Shown here: piece after piece, positions 32,230-40,579 of the stretch | Layout of the letters: the number at the start of each line of letters is the position of its first letter | How positions within the stretch are numbered: the stretch's first letter is position 1 | Origin: an uncultured Planctomycetaceae bacterium | Lineage (GTDB): Bacteria > Planctomycetota > Planctomycetia > Planctomycetales > Planctomycetaceae | Direction of reading: 5' to 3' | DNA: 64,000 bases | Assembly: GCA_963976765.1 (NCBI GenBank) | Contig: CAXBME010000009.1 | Coordinates: 124,001-188,000 of the forward strand | Translations under genes and position numbers: made by a program | The notes under the pieces: generated by a model | Told to the model about the DNA's origin: nothing | The model's input: only the letters and a program-made list of their open reading frames with translations | The model's database searches: none

Positions 32230-32265
32230 TCAGCCGGCAGGCCAACTGACGAAACAGATTTTGCC

Positions 32266-32428
32266 ATGGCAGAACATCAGGTCGATCGAACATGAGTCTA
32301 TCCGAGATGTGAGGCTCCCGCTTCAGGAATTTGACCGTGCTGACGAGGCGGACTGGGGGGACCTTCGCGAGCTCACGGAAACCGAGTGGAATCACCTCAC
32401 TGAAATCCTCGACAAGACAGAGCAGTAG
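32266..32428 (+). pseudogene. probable remnant of a W-x10-W coiled-coil stress protein
   Basis: DEADWGDLRELTETEWNHL resembles motifs in the 34799 and 35747 genes. The nearest ATG (32266) is out of frame. Confidence 0.3.
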
Positions 32429-32682
32429 ATTCGCCACGCTGAGGACGAGATAAAACTGCATACCCGATCGATCAAGACGGTCGCTTCTCGAGAAAGCTGG
32501 AACCGACAGCAGTTACAACAGCTCCTGTCACGATTTCCGGCAGACGGTAGTGCTTCGCCAGTTGCAGACTCGATGACTCCAGACGGTCACTGGCCAGCTA
32601 CGTGATGACCGTGCCGGCGCCCAGTACCAGAATGGCGAATAGAACGGTCAACGTTTTCTCCCGCGACGACATCAAAAGAAAG

Positions 32683-32717
32683 AGGCACCGGTGTCTGATA
32701 CCAGAACACCGATGCCT
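32683..32717. terminator. rho-independent terminator (possibly bidirectional)
   Basis: AGGCACCGGTGT..ACACCGATGCCT stem with an A-rich tract on the left and a T-run on the right. Confidence 0.6.
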
Positions 32718-32754
32718 TTTTCGAGATCACTCTTTCTTCGCAAGCAGTTGCTGA

Positions 32755-34692
32755 TTATTTCAACCCGGGAACTGAAGGAATCAATCCGCCAGATTTTCCT
32801 TTCGGTTTGCCACCGCCTCGTTTTCCTCCACTGCTTTTCTTCGGTTTCTGGACGTCAGGGACGGTGGGTTTTGGTGCAGGGTCTACTTTCGGCCGAGGTA
32901 CTGGAGCCGGCTTCGGATCAGGTTTCGGATCCACCTTTGGTTGCGGCTTCGGTTTTGCAACTGGCTTAGTTTTCTGCTCAGTCTTTGGCTGTCCCGGATC
33001 CTTCGTTCCAATCACGGAACCAACTCCGTCAGGAATGACGCCTTTAGTTTTGCTTTTACTATTCCCACTTCCTTTTCTGTCAGTTTCTCCGAGGACTCCT
33101 TTCACAGCGTCTCGAACGGTGTCTTTCACGTTTCCTTTACCACGATTATTTTTCTGGCCATTACCGTTGCCACGATTGTCGTTCGGGCGTTGGTCGACTC
33201 GATTTCCAGGTCGATCGTTGGTAACGCCTGGCAGTTCCGGAATTTTCGAAGGCTTTGCATCAGGTGACTGATTGCCGGGGAGAATTCGGCTAGCTACCTT
33301 CGGAAGCGTGAGCGTTCCTGCTGGTTCGGTTGCTCGCCCCTGCACGTCGACTCGTCCCTGAACTGTTGCCGAATCCCGGTTACTACGGTTACCGGTAGAC
33401 GCACGGCCTCGACCGCGCGACTCGACATCCAAACGCTGGTCAGCCAGTGACAGCAATGCCCCCGCTGTTCTCATCACCGAATCGCGTTCCGAGCGGCTGA
33501 CATCGACAACCCGGCGTCCGAACAGTTCAGAACCGACCGCTCCTGTGATCGCTCGGGCGATATTGACCTGAGCGGCCACTTCTCGATTCGTATTGCGACT
33601 CAAGAACTGGCGCTGAGCATTCAGCGTCCGTCGCGGACGGAAGTCCTGATTTTGAGTGAAGTATGTATTCCATCCTGTCAGACGGTTTCGATAATCAGGT
33701 CCGTGGCGCCACGAATTGTAAGAGTAAATCGGATCGTAGCCAGACCGTGAACCATGCCAGGTGTACCACGGACGGTAAGCATCACGACCGTAGTAGTCTC
33801 CGAAGTAGTAATTGCCCGTTCGATTTCCAACGAACAGGTGTAGCATCAAATGCGGCACGTCAAGCACCGTGCGTGGTGTGTAGTTCGTAATGTGGCGTCC
33901 CTGATAACGGTACGGGGCGTAGATGAGACCTCGTCGATCGATGTCGTAGTCCCAGTAGCCATCGCAATAAACATACCCGTTCGGAGTCCAGTCATAATGA
34001 GCTGGTACCCACACCCAGTCGTGCTGATGAGGTGCCCAGTAGCCCGGTCGCCAGCCGTAATCACGATCGCGATACTCCCAACAGCCGGGAATCCAAAAGT
34101 GGTCATTACTCGGAGCGGCACTCGACGGGCCTCGCTCCTGACTTCGAGGCGGCTCAGGTAGATAGCTCAAAGTCTCTCGCTCGGCACCAATCCATTCACC
34201 CGGTGTCCAGAGAAATCCACCATCAACCTGCGACCAGTATCCGGGAACCCAACGACGTCCCGGCGGCACGTCGCGCCATAGTCCACTTATCCAGAGAAAC
34301 TCATCTTCCGCGTCTTCGAAACTCCAGTAACCGGGAATCCAGATGACGTTGTCACCATCCGGTCGATATTCCGGCGGGACTTCTTCGATCGGTCTGGGCG
34401 GCTCTCTCTTGATGGCGGACTGACGGACCGGATCGTGGCTGACTGGTCTCGCAAAAGCTTCATGCAGAGGCCCCCACAGTGCGACATCATCTTCGACGGA
34501 AGCCTCCGCTGAAGCTGACGCGCGTTGTTCGTTTGATTGCTGTTCCTGAGTCCGGGTTTCTGCCTGCGCGTTCAACTGTCCCGATGCCGACGCTCCGTCT
34601 GACGGAGGAGCTGGCGGTGGTGGCGGCGCAGCGATTAACGGAGTCGTTGCTAACGCGCCGAACAACGCCAGAGATTTGATTCGAATATCCAT
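32755..34692 (-). CDS. YXWGXW (WXXGXW) repeat secreted protein with Pro/Lys-rich tail
   Basis: Signal peptide; WIPGYW, WISGLW, WVPGYW, WTPGEW, WIPGCW, WRPGYW, WVPAHY repeats; AGGAG RBS. Confidence 0.85.
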   Translation of the reverse strand: MDIRIKSLALFGALATTPLIAAPPPPPAPPSDGASASGQLNAQAETRTQEQQSNEQRASASAEASVEDDVALWGPLHEAFARPVSHDPVRQSAIKREPPRPIEEVPPEYRPDGDNVIWIPGYWSFEDAEDEFLWISGLWRDVPPGRRWVPGYWSQVDGGFLWTPGEWIGAERETLSYLPEPPRSQERGPSSAAPSNDHFWIPGCWEYRDRDYGWRPGYWAPHQHDWVWVPAHYDWTPNGYVYCDGYWDYDIDRRGLIYAPYRYQGRHITNYTPRTVLDVPHLMLHLFVGNRTGNYYFGDYYGRDAYRPWYTWHGSRSGYDPIYSYNSWRHGPDYRNRLTGWNTYFTQNQDFRPRRTLNAQRQFLSRNTNREVAAQVNIARAITGAVGSELFGRRVVDVSRSERDSVMRTAGALLSLADQRLDVESRGRGRASTGNRSNRDSATVQGRVDVQGRATEPAGTLTLPKVASRILPGNQSPDAKPSKIPELPGVTNDRPGNRVDQRPNDNRGNGNGQKNNRGKGNVKDTVRDAVKGVLGETDRKGSGNSKSKTKGVIPDGVGSVIGTKDPGQPKTEQKTKPVAKPKPQPKVDPKPDPKPAPVPRPKVDPAPKPTVPDVQKPKKSSGGKRGGGKPKGKSGGLIPSVPGLK

Positions 34693-34798
34693 CGTAAAAA
34701 CTCCTGAGTGAGATACGGGCGGCTTAAATCCTGTCTCGTCCTGACATAGCGTGCTGGCTGCGGCAGGAGTCCTGATCAAAAGATGCACTCGCCAATGG

Positions 34799-35254
34799 TC
34801 ACTTCTTCAACGTGCTCGCTTCGTTTGAGCATTGCCCACTGGCAGCCATCGATGGAGATGTAGCTGTGGTCTTCCCATCTGTCGTGAAGCTGCTGCACAC
34901 TGCGTCTGAAACATCGCAGGCTTCGTTGTCGTCGTCCGAGTAGTTGTCCTTGAATTCGTCGTACGCCTCGCTGCATGTCGTTCGCAGATCTTCCCAGGCA
35001 TTCTCCATGCCTTCCCGAAATTTCTCCCACGCGTCTGCGCTGTCGTCGGAAAACTGGCTGGCCTTATGACTTCCTGCAGCCGCTCGTTCTTTCAGCGTTT
35101 TAACTTTCTCGCGGAACGTTTTCGCAGCGGCGTCTCTGGCTTCCAGCGTGCGGAACTTTGCATTCAGCGTCTTCAACTCAAGATCGGACATCTCCTGCTC
35201 AAGCTGTCCGTAACGCTTCTGCAGTTCTTCCTTCGCGGTTCTTATGATCGACAT
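34799..35254 (-). CDS. coiled-coil stress-type protein (Sll1863-like)
   Basis: GGAGG RBS; coiled coil ending in DAWEKFREGMENAWEDL. Confidence 0.65.
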   Translation of the reverse strand: MSIIRTAKEELQKRYGQLEQEMSDLELKTLNAKFRTLEARDAAAKTFREKVKTLKERAAAGSHKASQFSDDSADAWEKFREGMENAWEDLRTTCSEAYDEFKDNYSDDDNEACDVSDAVCSSFTTDGKTTATSPSMAASGQCSNEASTLKK

Positions 35255-35352
35255 GGCATCCTCCGTTGAGTCTCTGCATTGACTGAAGCCGCCTCACGCT
35301 GGCAACTCACCAGCCGCGGCCTGTTGAGTTAGTGAATCGAAAGAACCGGTTC

Positions 35353-35367
35353 GCAATGCGTGTGCCG
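35353..35367 (-). promoter_or_regulatory. sigma54 -24/-12 promoter
   Basis: Minus strand CGGCACACGCATTGC. Confidence 0.7.
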
Positions 35368-35627
35368 AAAGTCTCCGACGAACTGATACATACTGGGAAC
35401 GCATGACCTGCGACTGAATGTCGGTTGGCGACCGATCAGGCCGCGTTCTGTGCGGCCAGACTGGCAATGTTTCGTACAACGGATTTGCTGATCGCGTTGA
35501 TCGTCCAATTCCATCTTCTCCGCGAAGACCCCGGCGCTGAGTCGTGAGAAACGCCACTCAAGCCCGCAAAATTTAAGTCCATGAGCTAATTGCTTATTTC
35601 ATGTGTGCAGGTCGTCGAAACGCCCTT

Positions 35628-35642
35628 TGGCACACAGTTCGC
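35628..35642 (+). promoter_or_regulatory. sigma54 -24/-12 promoter
   Basis: TGGCACACAGTTCGC, preceded by an AT-rich tract. Confidence 0.65.
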
Positions 35643-35746
35643 TCCATCAACGACCCAGCAAACACCGTTGCGAGCCTGTTCAGGACTGCGTTCGAAACTG
35701 GCTCGTGAGTTCCCACCTGATCCTGCGATTTCGGAGGAGAATCATC

Positions 35747-36319
35747 GTGAAATCACTTAGTGCGAAGCTCATTGCCGGAGTTCTGGTTGCTCTGACTGCT
35801 GGCCTGTCCGGTTGCGGAGATGCTCTGCCGCCAGCATCGATTCCAAATCCAAACTCGACCATTCCAACCACTGAAGAGAAGGCGACAACTGACGAGGAGT
35901 CGATCACCTCAACTGACGTCGAACGTGAAGTGGACGAGGCTGTCGACGCGGCATCCAGGTACGCAGGACAGACGAAAGATGAGTATCAGGCATCAATGCA
36001 GAAAAAGCTGGACGAACTCGATGCAAAGATCGACGAGTTGCAGACCAGAACGGCTGCCGCTTCGAAAGAAGCAAAGGAAGATGCAAAACGCGAGTACGAA
36101 AAGGCAATGGCCACACTGAAAGAGAAGCGTCAGGCCATGTCTGACAAATTTACTGAGATTCAAGAAGCTTCCGGAGACGCGTGGCGAGACATTGCCAACG
36201 GCGCAGATGCTGCCTGGGATGATCTGAGCGCGGCCTTCAGTTCCGCCATGAGCCGGTTTGAAAACGCGGAACAGGAAGCAGAGATCCGCGACCCGGACAT
36301 CGGGAAATCCAAAGGGTAA
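35747..36319 (+). CDS. lipoprotein with Sll1863-like coiled coil
   Basis: GGAGGAG RBS, GTG start, lipobox LSGC, ASGDAWRDIANGADAAWDDL. Confidence 0.75.
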   Translation: MKSLSAKLIAGVLVALTAGLSGCGDALPPASIPNPNSTIPTTEEKATTDEESITSTDVEREVDEAVDAASRYAGQTKDEYQASMQKKLDELDAKIDELQTRTAAASKEAKEDAKREYEKAMATLKEKRQAMSDKFTEIQEASGDAWRDIANGADAAWDDLSAAFSSAMSRFENAEQEAEIRDPDIGKSKG

Positions 36320-36376
36320 TCAGATCAGTGGATCATCCAAAGCTGGTCGCCTGCCTGAAGAAGGAGCAAGTCAGCC

Positions 36377-36778
36377 ATGAAGATTTCAATCATCGCTATC
36401 TTCGGCGGAGCTGCCATGGCCGGAATCCTGACCATGCACAACCCCGCCTCGTCAGAAGTTACCGACCAGCGTTTCGCAACAGACAGCCCTGCCATCGTCG
36501 ACCCCGACGACGTCCCGGACATCGATCCGGATGTTGAAGTTGCGCAAGCTATCGAGGTCAGCGGAACTGTTCTGGACGTCGGCGCAGCATCCATCGTTAT
36601 CAACGGAGCAGGAGTAACACCGGTAACGATCGCCGTTCCGCCAACTGCTGAGATTATTCGTGACGGCCAGAAAGCCGAACTGTCCGATCTCATGCCCGGC
36701 GACCTCGCCGATGTCGACGCCGTCCGTAAAAACGGCAAACTAACTGCCACCACCGTGGATGCCCACACGCTCCTTTGA
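36377..36778 (+). CDS. secreted hypothetical protein (OB-fold/DUF5666-like)
   Basis: AAGGAG RBS, signal-like N-terminus, G.V..V...I.RDG...LSDL.PGD..V pattern. Confidence 0.65.
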   Translation: MKISIIAIFGGAAMAGILTMHNPASSEVTDQRFATDSPAIVDPDDVPDIDPDVEVAQAIEVSGTVLDVGAASIVINGAGVTPVTIAVPPTAEIIRDGQKAELSDLMPGDLADVDAVRKNGKLTATTVDAHTLL

Positions 36779-37265
36779 TGCCGGAAACATCTTCCGGTGC
36801 ATCAATGCAATGGCTCTTCGAACCGCGGTTCGGACGCTGGTGCCAAGAGATTCGGCGGCACGAGGCGGTTGCCCTGAAAGTGCTTCAGGGCCTGTTGGAT
36901 GGCTTCTCGTTCGACGTTGTCGAGAGTTGCGTCTCGTGGAAGTTCCAGTTCGGGCTCTTCAGTTAAACACGGAAGACGGTCCTTTTAGATTTCGGATCAT
37001 TGACTTCATCCGTCTGACTTCCGTCACGATATTCCCTGACTGTCTCTCCGCAAAACTCGGTTCAATTCGCCACTAAGCCGGGCAATTCAAGTCAGAACAC
37101 AAAGCCCGTTCGTCGATGTAAACTTTTTGCTGTCGACAAACTTTCAAATCAAAGACAACACGCGACATGGAATGCGCGTTTTTCGATGAATTCGCAGCGG
37201 GATTCGACATACCTGCCCATAGGGACTCGAAATCACATTCCGATACTGAATGCACCCTCAAGCGT

Positions 37266-37310
37266 TTCAAACTCTGTGTCTCGTAGACTCAAGGTTTGTG
37301 TCTCCCACCA
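37266..37310 (-). mobile_element. Tn7-like transposon end of a sequence extending leftward (two TnsB-site repeats)
   Basis: Minus strand begins TGGTGGGAGACA at 37310. 17-bp repeats at 37288-37304 and 37266-37282, 22 bp apart. Confidence 0.75.
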
Positions 37311-37315
37311 ACAGA

Positions 37316-37446
37316 TGGTGGGAGACATAAAGGTTGAAACGCGGCGCGTTACTCCGAAAGGACTTACGTCGACGCGAGACACAAACCCTGCAACGGTTGA
37401 GACACAAAGTTTGAGCTGTTCCGCTATTTGAGACACAAAGTTTGAG
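37316..37446 (+). mobile_element. Tn7-like transposon end of the element extending rightward (four TnsB-site repeats)
   Basis: TGGTGGGAGACA at 37316. GAGACACAAAGTTTGAG-type repeats at 37322, 37376, 37399 and 37430. The 8-bp terminus followed by GACA matches Tn7 geometry (TGTGGGCG-GACA). Confidence 0.8.
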
Positions 37447-37498
37447 CCGCCAATCGGACTCGTCAGAATGAAGCCCGGAAGGAGTCGGCGTCTTGAGA

Positions 37499-38572
37499 TC
37501 ACGTGTAAGTGAGTGCGAGTTCGGATTCTGAAATTTCGCAGGTCACTGATACCGCATTCGTAAGTTCATTGCCTTGGGGCTCCAAGGCATCCGCTGGCTG
37601 GGGCGGGGCTTTTGGAGTCGCCCATGACAGAGCAAACAACGGACTCCTGGTTGCACGGATTACAGCTTCCTGATGCTCTCTTTGTCGGCGTTCGGTGCGG
37701 ATGGACTGCTGAAGTACCGCGAGTTGCTGCCGATCACGCGGATCATGTTTTCTTTGAGATTGGCCAATTTCCCGGTCAATGCGGTATTGATATCGTTCTT
37801 CAGCGAATTCGGCTCGGCGTTCTGCGAGCGAGTGTTCTCGGAGGTCTTGTTCGCATCGATGGCGAAATTTTTCGCGCTCGAATTCAAGCCGCTGTTTGGA
37901 TTGTTCGTAGTCGAGAAGCATACCGGTGAATTTCGCAGATTGAGCCGGGTCGACAATTGGCATGTCCATGGCTGCTCGCGATTTAAGATGCAGCGACTGT
38001 TCAAGTGACTGAAGTCTCGCAGTTTCATCGTTGAAGTTCGGCCCGGTGGACGAGGCCAGGACGGATGCAACTATCGGTCCGCCCGAATATGCCGTTGCGT
38101 ATCGAGCCGCCTGCTCAAACCTGCCGGCACTACGCTCCGGGGCCATAACTTGAGCATCGATCCATGAGCTGGCATTGCGATTTTCTTCGATATCAAAGAA
38201 CAACTCGCGTGTGAGTCGAACAACCTCGATATCAATGGCCGTCTGTTCGACGATCGATTTATCACTGCTGCCACCGAGCACGAGAATGATGAATGATTCT
38301 CGAAGCGGGCTCGTCAGCCAGAAAGATTCCGATGTTGCAACTAACCGATGTCGTTCTGACGCGATCTCTGGACCAGACTCCATACAGGCTGCAAGGAAAC
38401 GCACCGCTGCATGGACGCTCTCATCAGCAATCTTGCGCATCCAACGAAGTGGGGCTTCCTGAATTGCAGTCGCAAGACGCCAACGCCATGCAGGGCCATT
38501 GAGAGTTCTATGCAGCGACCGGGCCTGCTCCACGCCTGCTTCGTCAGACAATCCACTCGGTGACATGGTCAC
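37499..38572 (-). CDS. hypothetical protein
   Basis: 357 aa, GAGGTG RBS, PAWRW..ELFFD..WI..AYSGGP, C-terminal coiled coil. Confidence 0.75.
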   Translation of the reverse strand: MTMSPSGLSDEAGVEQARSLHRTLNGPAWRWRLATAIQEAPLRWMRKIADESVHAAVRFLAACMESGPEIASERHRLVATSESFWLTSPLRESFIILVLGGSSDKSIVEQTAIDIEVVRLTRELFFDIEENRNASSWIDAQVMAPERSAGRFEQAARYATAYSGGPIVASVLASSTGPNFNDETARLQSLEQSLHLKSRAAMDMPIVDPAQSAKFTGMLLDYEQSKQRLEFEREKFRHRCEQDLREHSLAERRAEFAEERYQYRIDREIGQSQRKHDPRDRQQLAVLQQSIRTERRQREHQEAVIRATRSPLFALSWATPKAPPQPADALEPQGNELTNAVSVTCEISESELALTYT

Positions 38573-38592
38573 GTTTCACCTCTTGTGATGAT

Positions 38593-39048
38593 TTACTTCA
38601 TTGCCTCAGAGACATTCGTCTGCGGACGAGCCGACTGCCAGCCACGGATTTCAGCTCCCTGAATCCGCAGCCCGACAGCCGCCAGTTGATCGTGAAGTTG
38701 TCGCCGCGTCTTTCTGAGTTCTGACCGGACCGCTTTCCGACACTCGGATATAGATTCCTGTCGACGAAGTTCCTGCTGCACAAGTTGCAGTGTCTCTCGT
38801 ACCAGTGACACTCCAGCCTGATCACTTCCGAGATAGATCGATCTCTGTTTACTGCCAGACCGATAGACCAGCCGATAGTAAGGCCCCAGTCGGCGGCCTT
38901 TGTAAGACCGCCAGGATTCCTGGACGCTGCCTTGATGGCTGAAAACATCAGCCTGTTGGCGAATCAGACTGACGGCATCGATTATTTTTTGGTCAACAGA
39001 TTCGAGTTTTTCCAGGATCTCTTCGTCGGCTGAATGCGGCATGTTCAT
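38593..39048 (-). CDS. putative DNA-binding protein (GPYY..YR..KQRSIYLG motif)
   Basis: Beta-hairpin motif followed by a coiled coil; ATGA overlap with the upstream gene; paralogous to the N-terminus of the 40579 ORF. Confidence 0.7.
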   Translation of the reverse strand: MNMPHSADEEILEKLESVDQKIIDAVSLIRQQADVFSHQGSVQESWRSYKGRRLGPYYRLVYRSGSKQRSIYLGSDQAGVSLVRETLQLVQQELRRQESISECRKAVRSELRKTRRQLHDQLAAVGLRIQGAEIRGWQSARPQTNVSEAMK

Positions 39049-39497
39049 TCCGCTCCCGAAAATTCACGCTGGATCGGATCATATCCTCCCGGAAGAACTC
39101 CGTGCCGTTCACGGAAATCCTGCAGACGGACCCAGAACGCACTTGCCTTACCCTTGGCAGCAACAACTCTCAACAGTCGCGACACTTTAGTGTCTCTCTC
39201 CTGACGTGAATCGGGACTGCTATCTGTGTGCAGAAAGTCGCGACCGATTTCGAACATTTCAAGGACTTCGAGCCACAGCAACTGGACGATGGTGACGCCG
39301 GTCGATTGTTCAATTCCGGGCTTAGCGCGAAGCACGAGTTCCTCATAGGCAGGATTCACGAGTGCCAGAATGCCCGTTCGTAAATCCGATGGCAAGCTGT
39401 CAAAGTCGACGCCCTCGGGCATCCAGTACGGTCGAATTGCCGCTGGCCCTGCGGCATGATTTGTTTTCGTGTCCATGTCTTCTTGTTCCTGAATCAT
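39045..39497 (-). CDS. hypothetical protein
   Basis: 150 aa ORF in a tightly coupled minus-strand operon. Confidence 0.7.
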   Translation of the reverse strand: MIQEQEDMDTKTNHAAGPAAIRPYWMPEGVDFDSLPSDLRTGILALVNPAYEELVLRAKPGIEQSTGVTIVQLLWLEVLEMFEIGRDFLHTDSSPDSRQERDTKVSRLLRVVAAKGKASAFWVRLQDFRERHGVLPGGYDPIQREFSGAE

Positions 39498-40579
39498 GAA
39501 ATTGAAGTTCGTGCAGCAACGGAGACATCTGGTGGGGCTCGGCGTCCCCCCACGTCTGTGTCTGCCTGCACGGGTATCAGATTGCTGTTTCTTCGGAATG
39601 GCCGGTTGAAGTGCCCCACTGCATAGCTGAAACCGCTCGCGTCACTTAACCGGTGCGCTGGCTTGCAGCTTCGCCCAGTCGAACGTCCAGGCGTGCAAGA
39701 CGTTCGGTCATCTGAACGGTTTTCAGATAAACCTGGAGACCCGGCATGAGGGTTCGCAGCCGGTCCGAACGTCCGGCATCGACTTCCAGGCTGTCGTCGA
39801 TCGCCAGTTTCAGATCGTGACACATTTCGAGAAGATCGCTTGCAACAGGACCGAGGCACGCTCGAAGCGAGTCGGGTGAATCGAGCGATGCCTCCAGGTG
39901 TTTCTGGATTCGAGCTTTTCTCTTCTCGGCCAACTGGTTGCCTCCGACCGTTTGTTGGCTGATCGGTGGCATTGGTCCTTCGGATGGCAGAATTGCCTGA
40001 TCTCTGTTCGTACTGTCCGTCGTCATTCTCTTTTCCCTCCGTGTCGATGAATCCGCCGGTCATGACGCTCGTGCCGGCACGTTTCAAATTAACTTCGTCA
40101 GAATCAACACCAGGCATCGATGCCTGGTGTTGTCGAATCTCAGCACCATGAAAGTGGTAGCCAAGTACCTCAAGAATCGGACTCAACTGCTGACGCGACT
40201 CACGCAGCAACTCTTTCGCTCGCAACATGAGCCGATTCAGTTTCCGCCACGCCTCTGTCCGTTTTTGCAACTGTTTGAGTTCTTGCTGGGCCTGTGCAGC
40301 ACGTTTGGATGACTTTCCCAGTCCTCGGACGACCTGGCAGCCGTCCCTGCGAAAACGCAGTTTGAAGTATGTTCCGGAAGGTCGGATTTCGGCCGATACG
40401 AATCCCTGCCGTGATAACGACTCCAGGTCGGACTCTGTCAGATTCAAGGACGCAAGCAGCGGAAATGCGTGTAGAGCCCGTTGCGATCGGCATGATCCGA
40501 ACGGTAGCGAACAATCCGGAGATCCACAGATTCTGCTACTGCTGCAAGAGCACTGAGAGGTTTCGGCAATACTTAACAT
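39494..40579 (-). CDS. putative DNA-binding protein; only the first ~150 aa look genuine, the tail reads through the next gene
   Basis: SRQGFV..GTYFKLRFRRDGCQVVRGLG...GYHFHGAEIR aligns with the 38593 gene. The start overlaps the stop of the 40573 gene. Confidence 0.55.
   Translation of the reverse strand: MLSIAETSQCSCSSSRICGSPDCSLPFGSCRSQRALHAFPLLASLNLTESDLESLSRQGFVSAEIRPSGTYFKLRFRRDGCQVVRGLGKSSKRAAQAQQELKQLQKRTEAWRKLNRLMLRAKELLRESRQQLSPILEVLGYHFHGAEIRQHQASMPGVDSDEVNLKRAGTSVMTGGFIDTEGKENDDGQYEQRSGNSAIRRTNATDQPTNGRRQPVGREEKSSNPETPGGIARFTRLASSVPRSCCKRSSRNVSRSETGDRRQPGSRCRTFGPAANPHAGSPGLSENRSDDRTSCTPGRSTGRSCKPAHRLSDASGFSYAVGHFNRPFRRNSNLIPVQADTDVGGRRAPPDVSVAARTSIS
39646..40026 (-). CDS. hypothetical helical protein
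   Basis: GGAGG upstream of ATG 40026; protein-like composition; nested in another frame of the 361-aa ORF. Confidence 0.7.
   Translation of the reverse strand: MTTDSTNRDQAILPSEGPMPPISQQTVGGNQLAEKRKARIQKHLEASLDSPDSLRACLGPVASDLLEMCHDLKLAIDDSLEVDAGRSDRLRTLMPGLQVYLKTVQMTERLARLDVRLGEAASQRTG

Noticed and set aside
32800..33000. PK/DP repeats as a DNA repeat element
   Set aside because: Low-complexity coding tail of the YXWGXW protein.
37056..37074. GGTTCAATTC as a tRNA T-loop or att site
   Set aside because: No T-stem pairing and no cloverleaf. I found no tRNA or rRNA in the window.
37299..37327. Inverted repeat as a simple terminator
   Set aside because: No U-tract, each arm continues into further copies of the same motif, and the loop is exactly 5 bp between CA and TG.
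37376..37446. Direct repeats as a CRISPR mini-array
   Set aside because: Repeats are 17 bp with 6- and 14-bp gaps, occur in both orientations nearby, and no cas genes are seen. They fit TnsB sites better.
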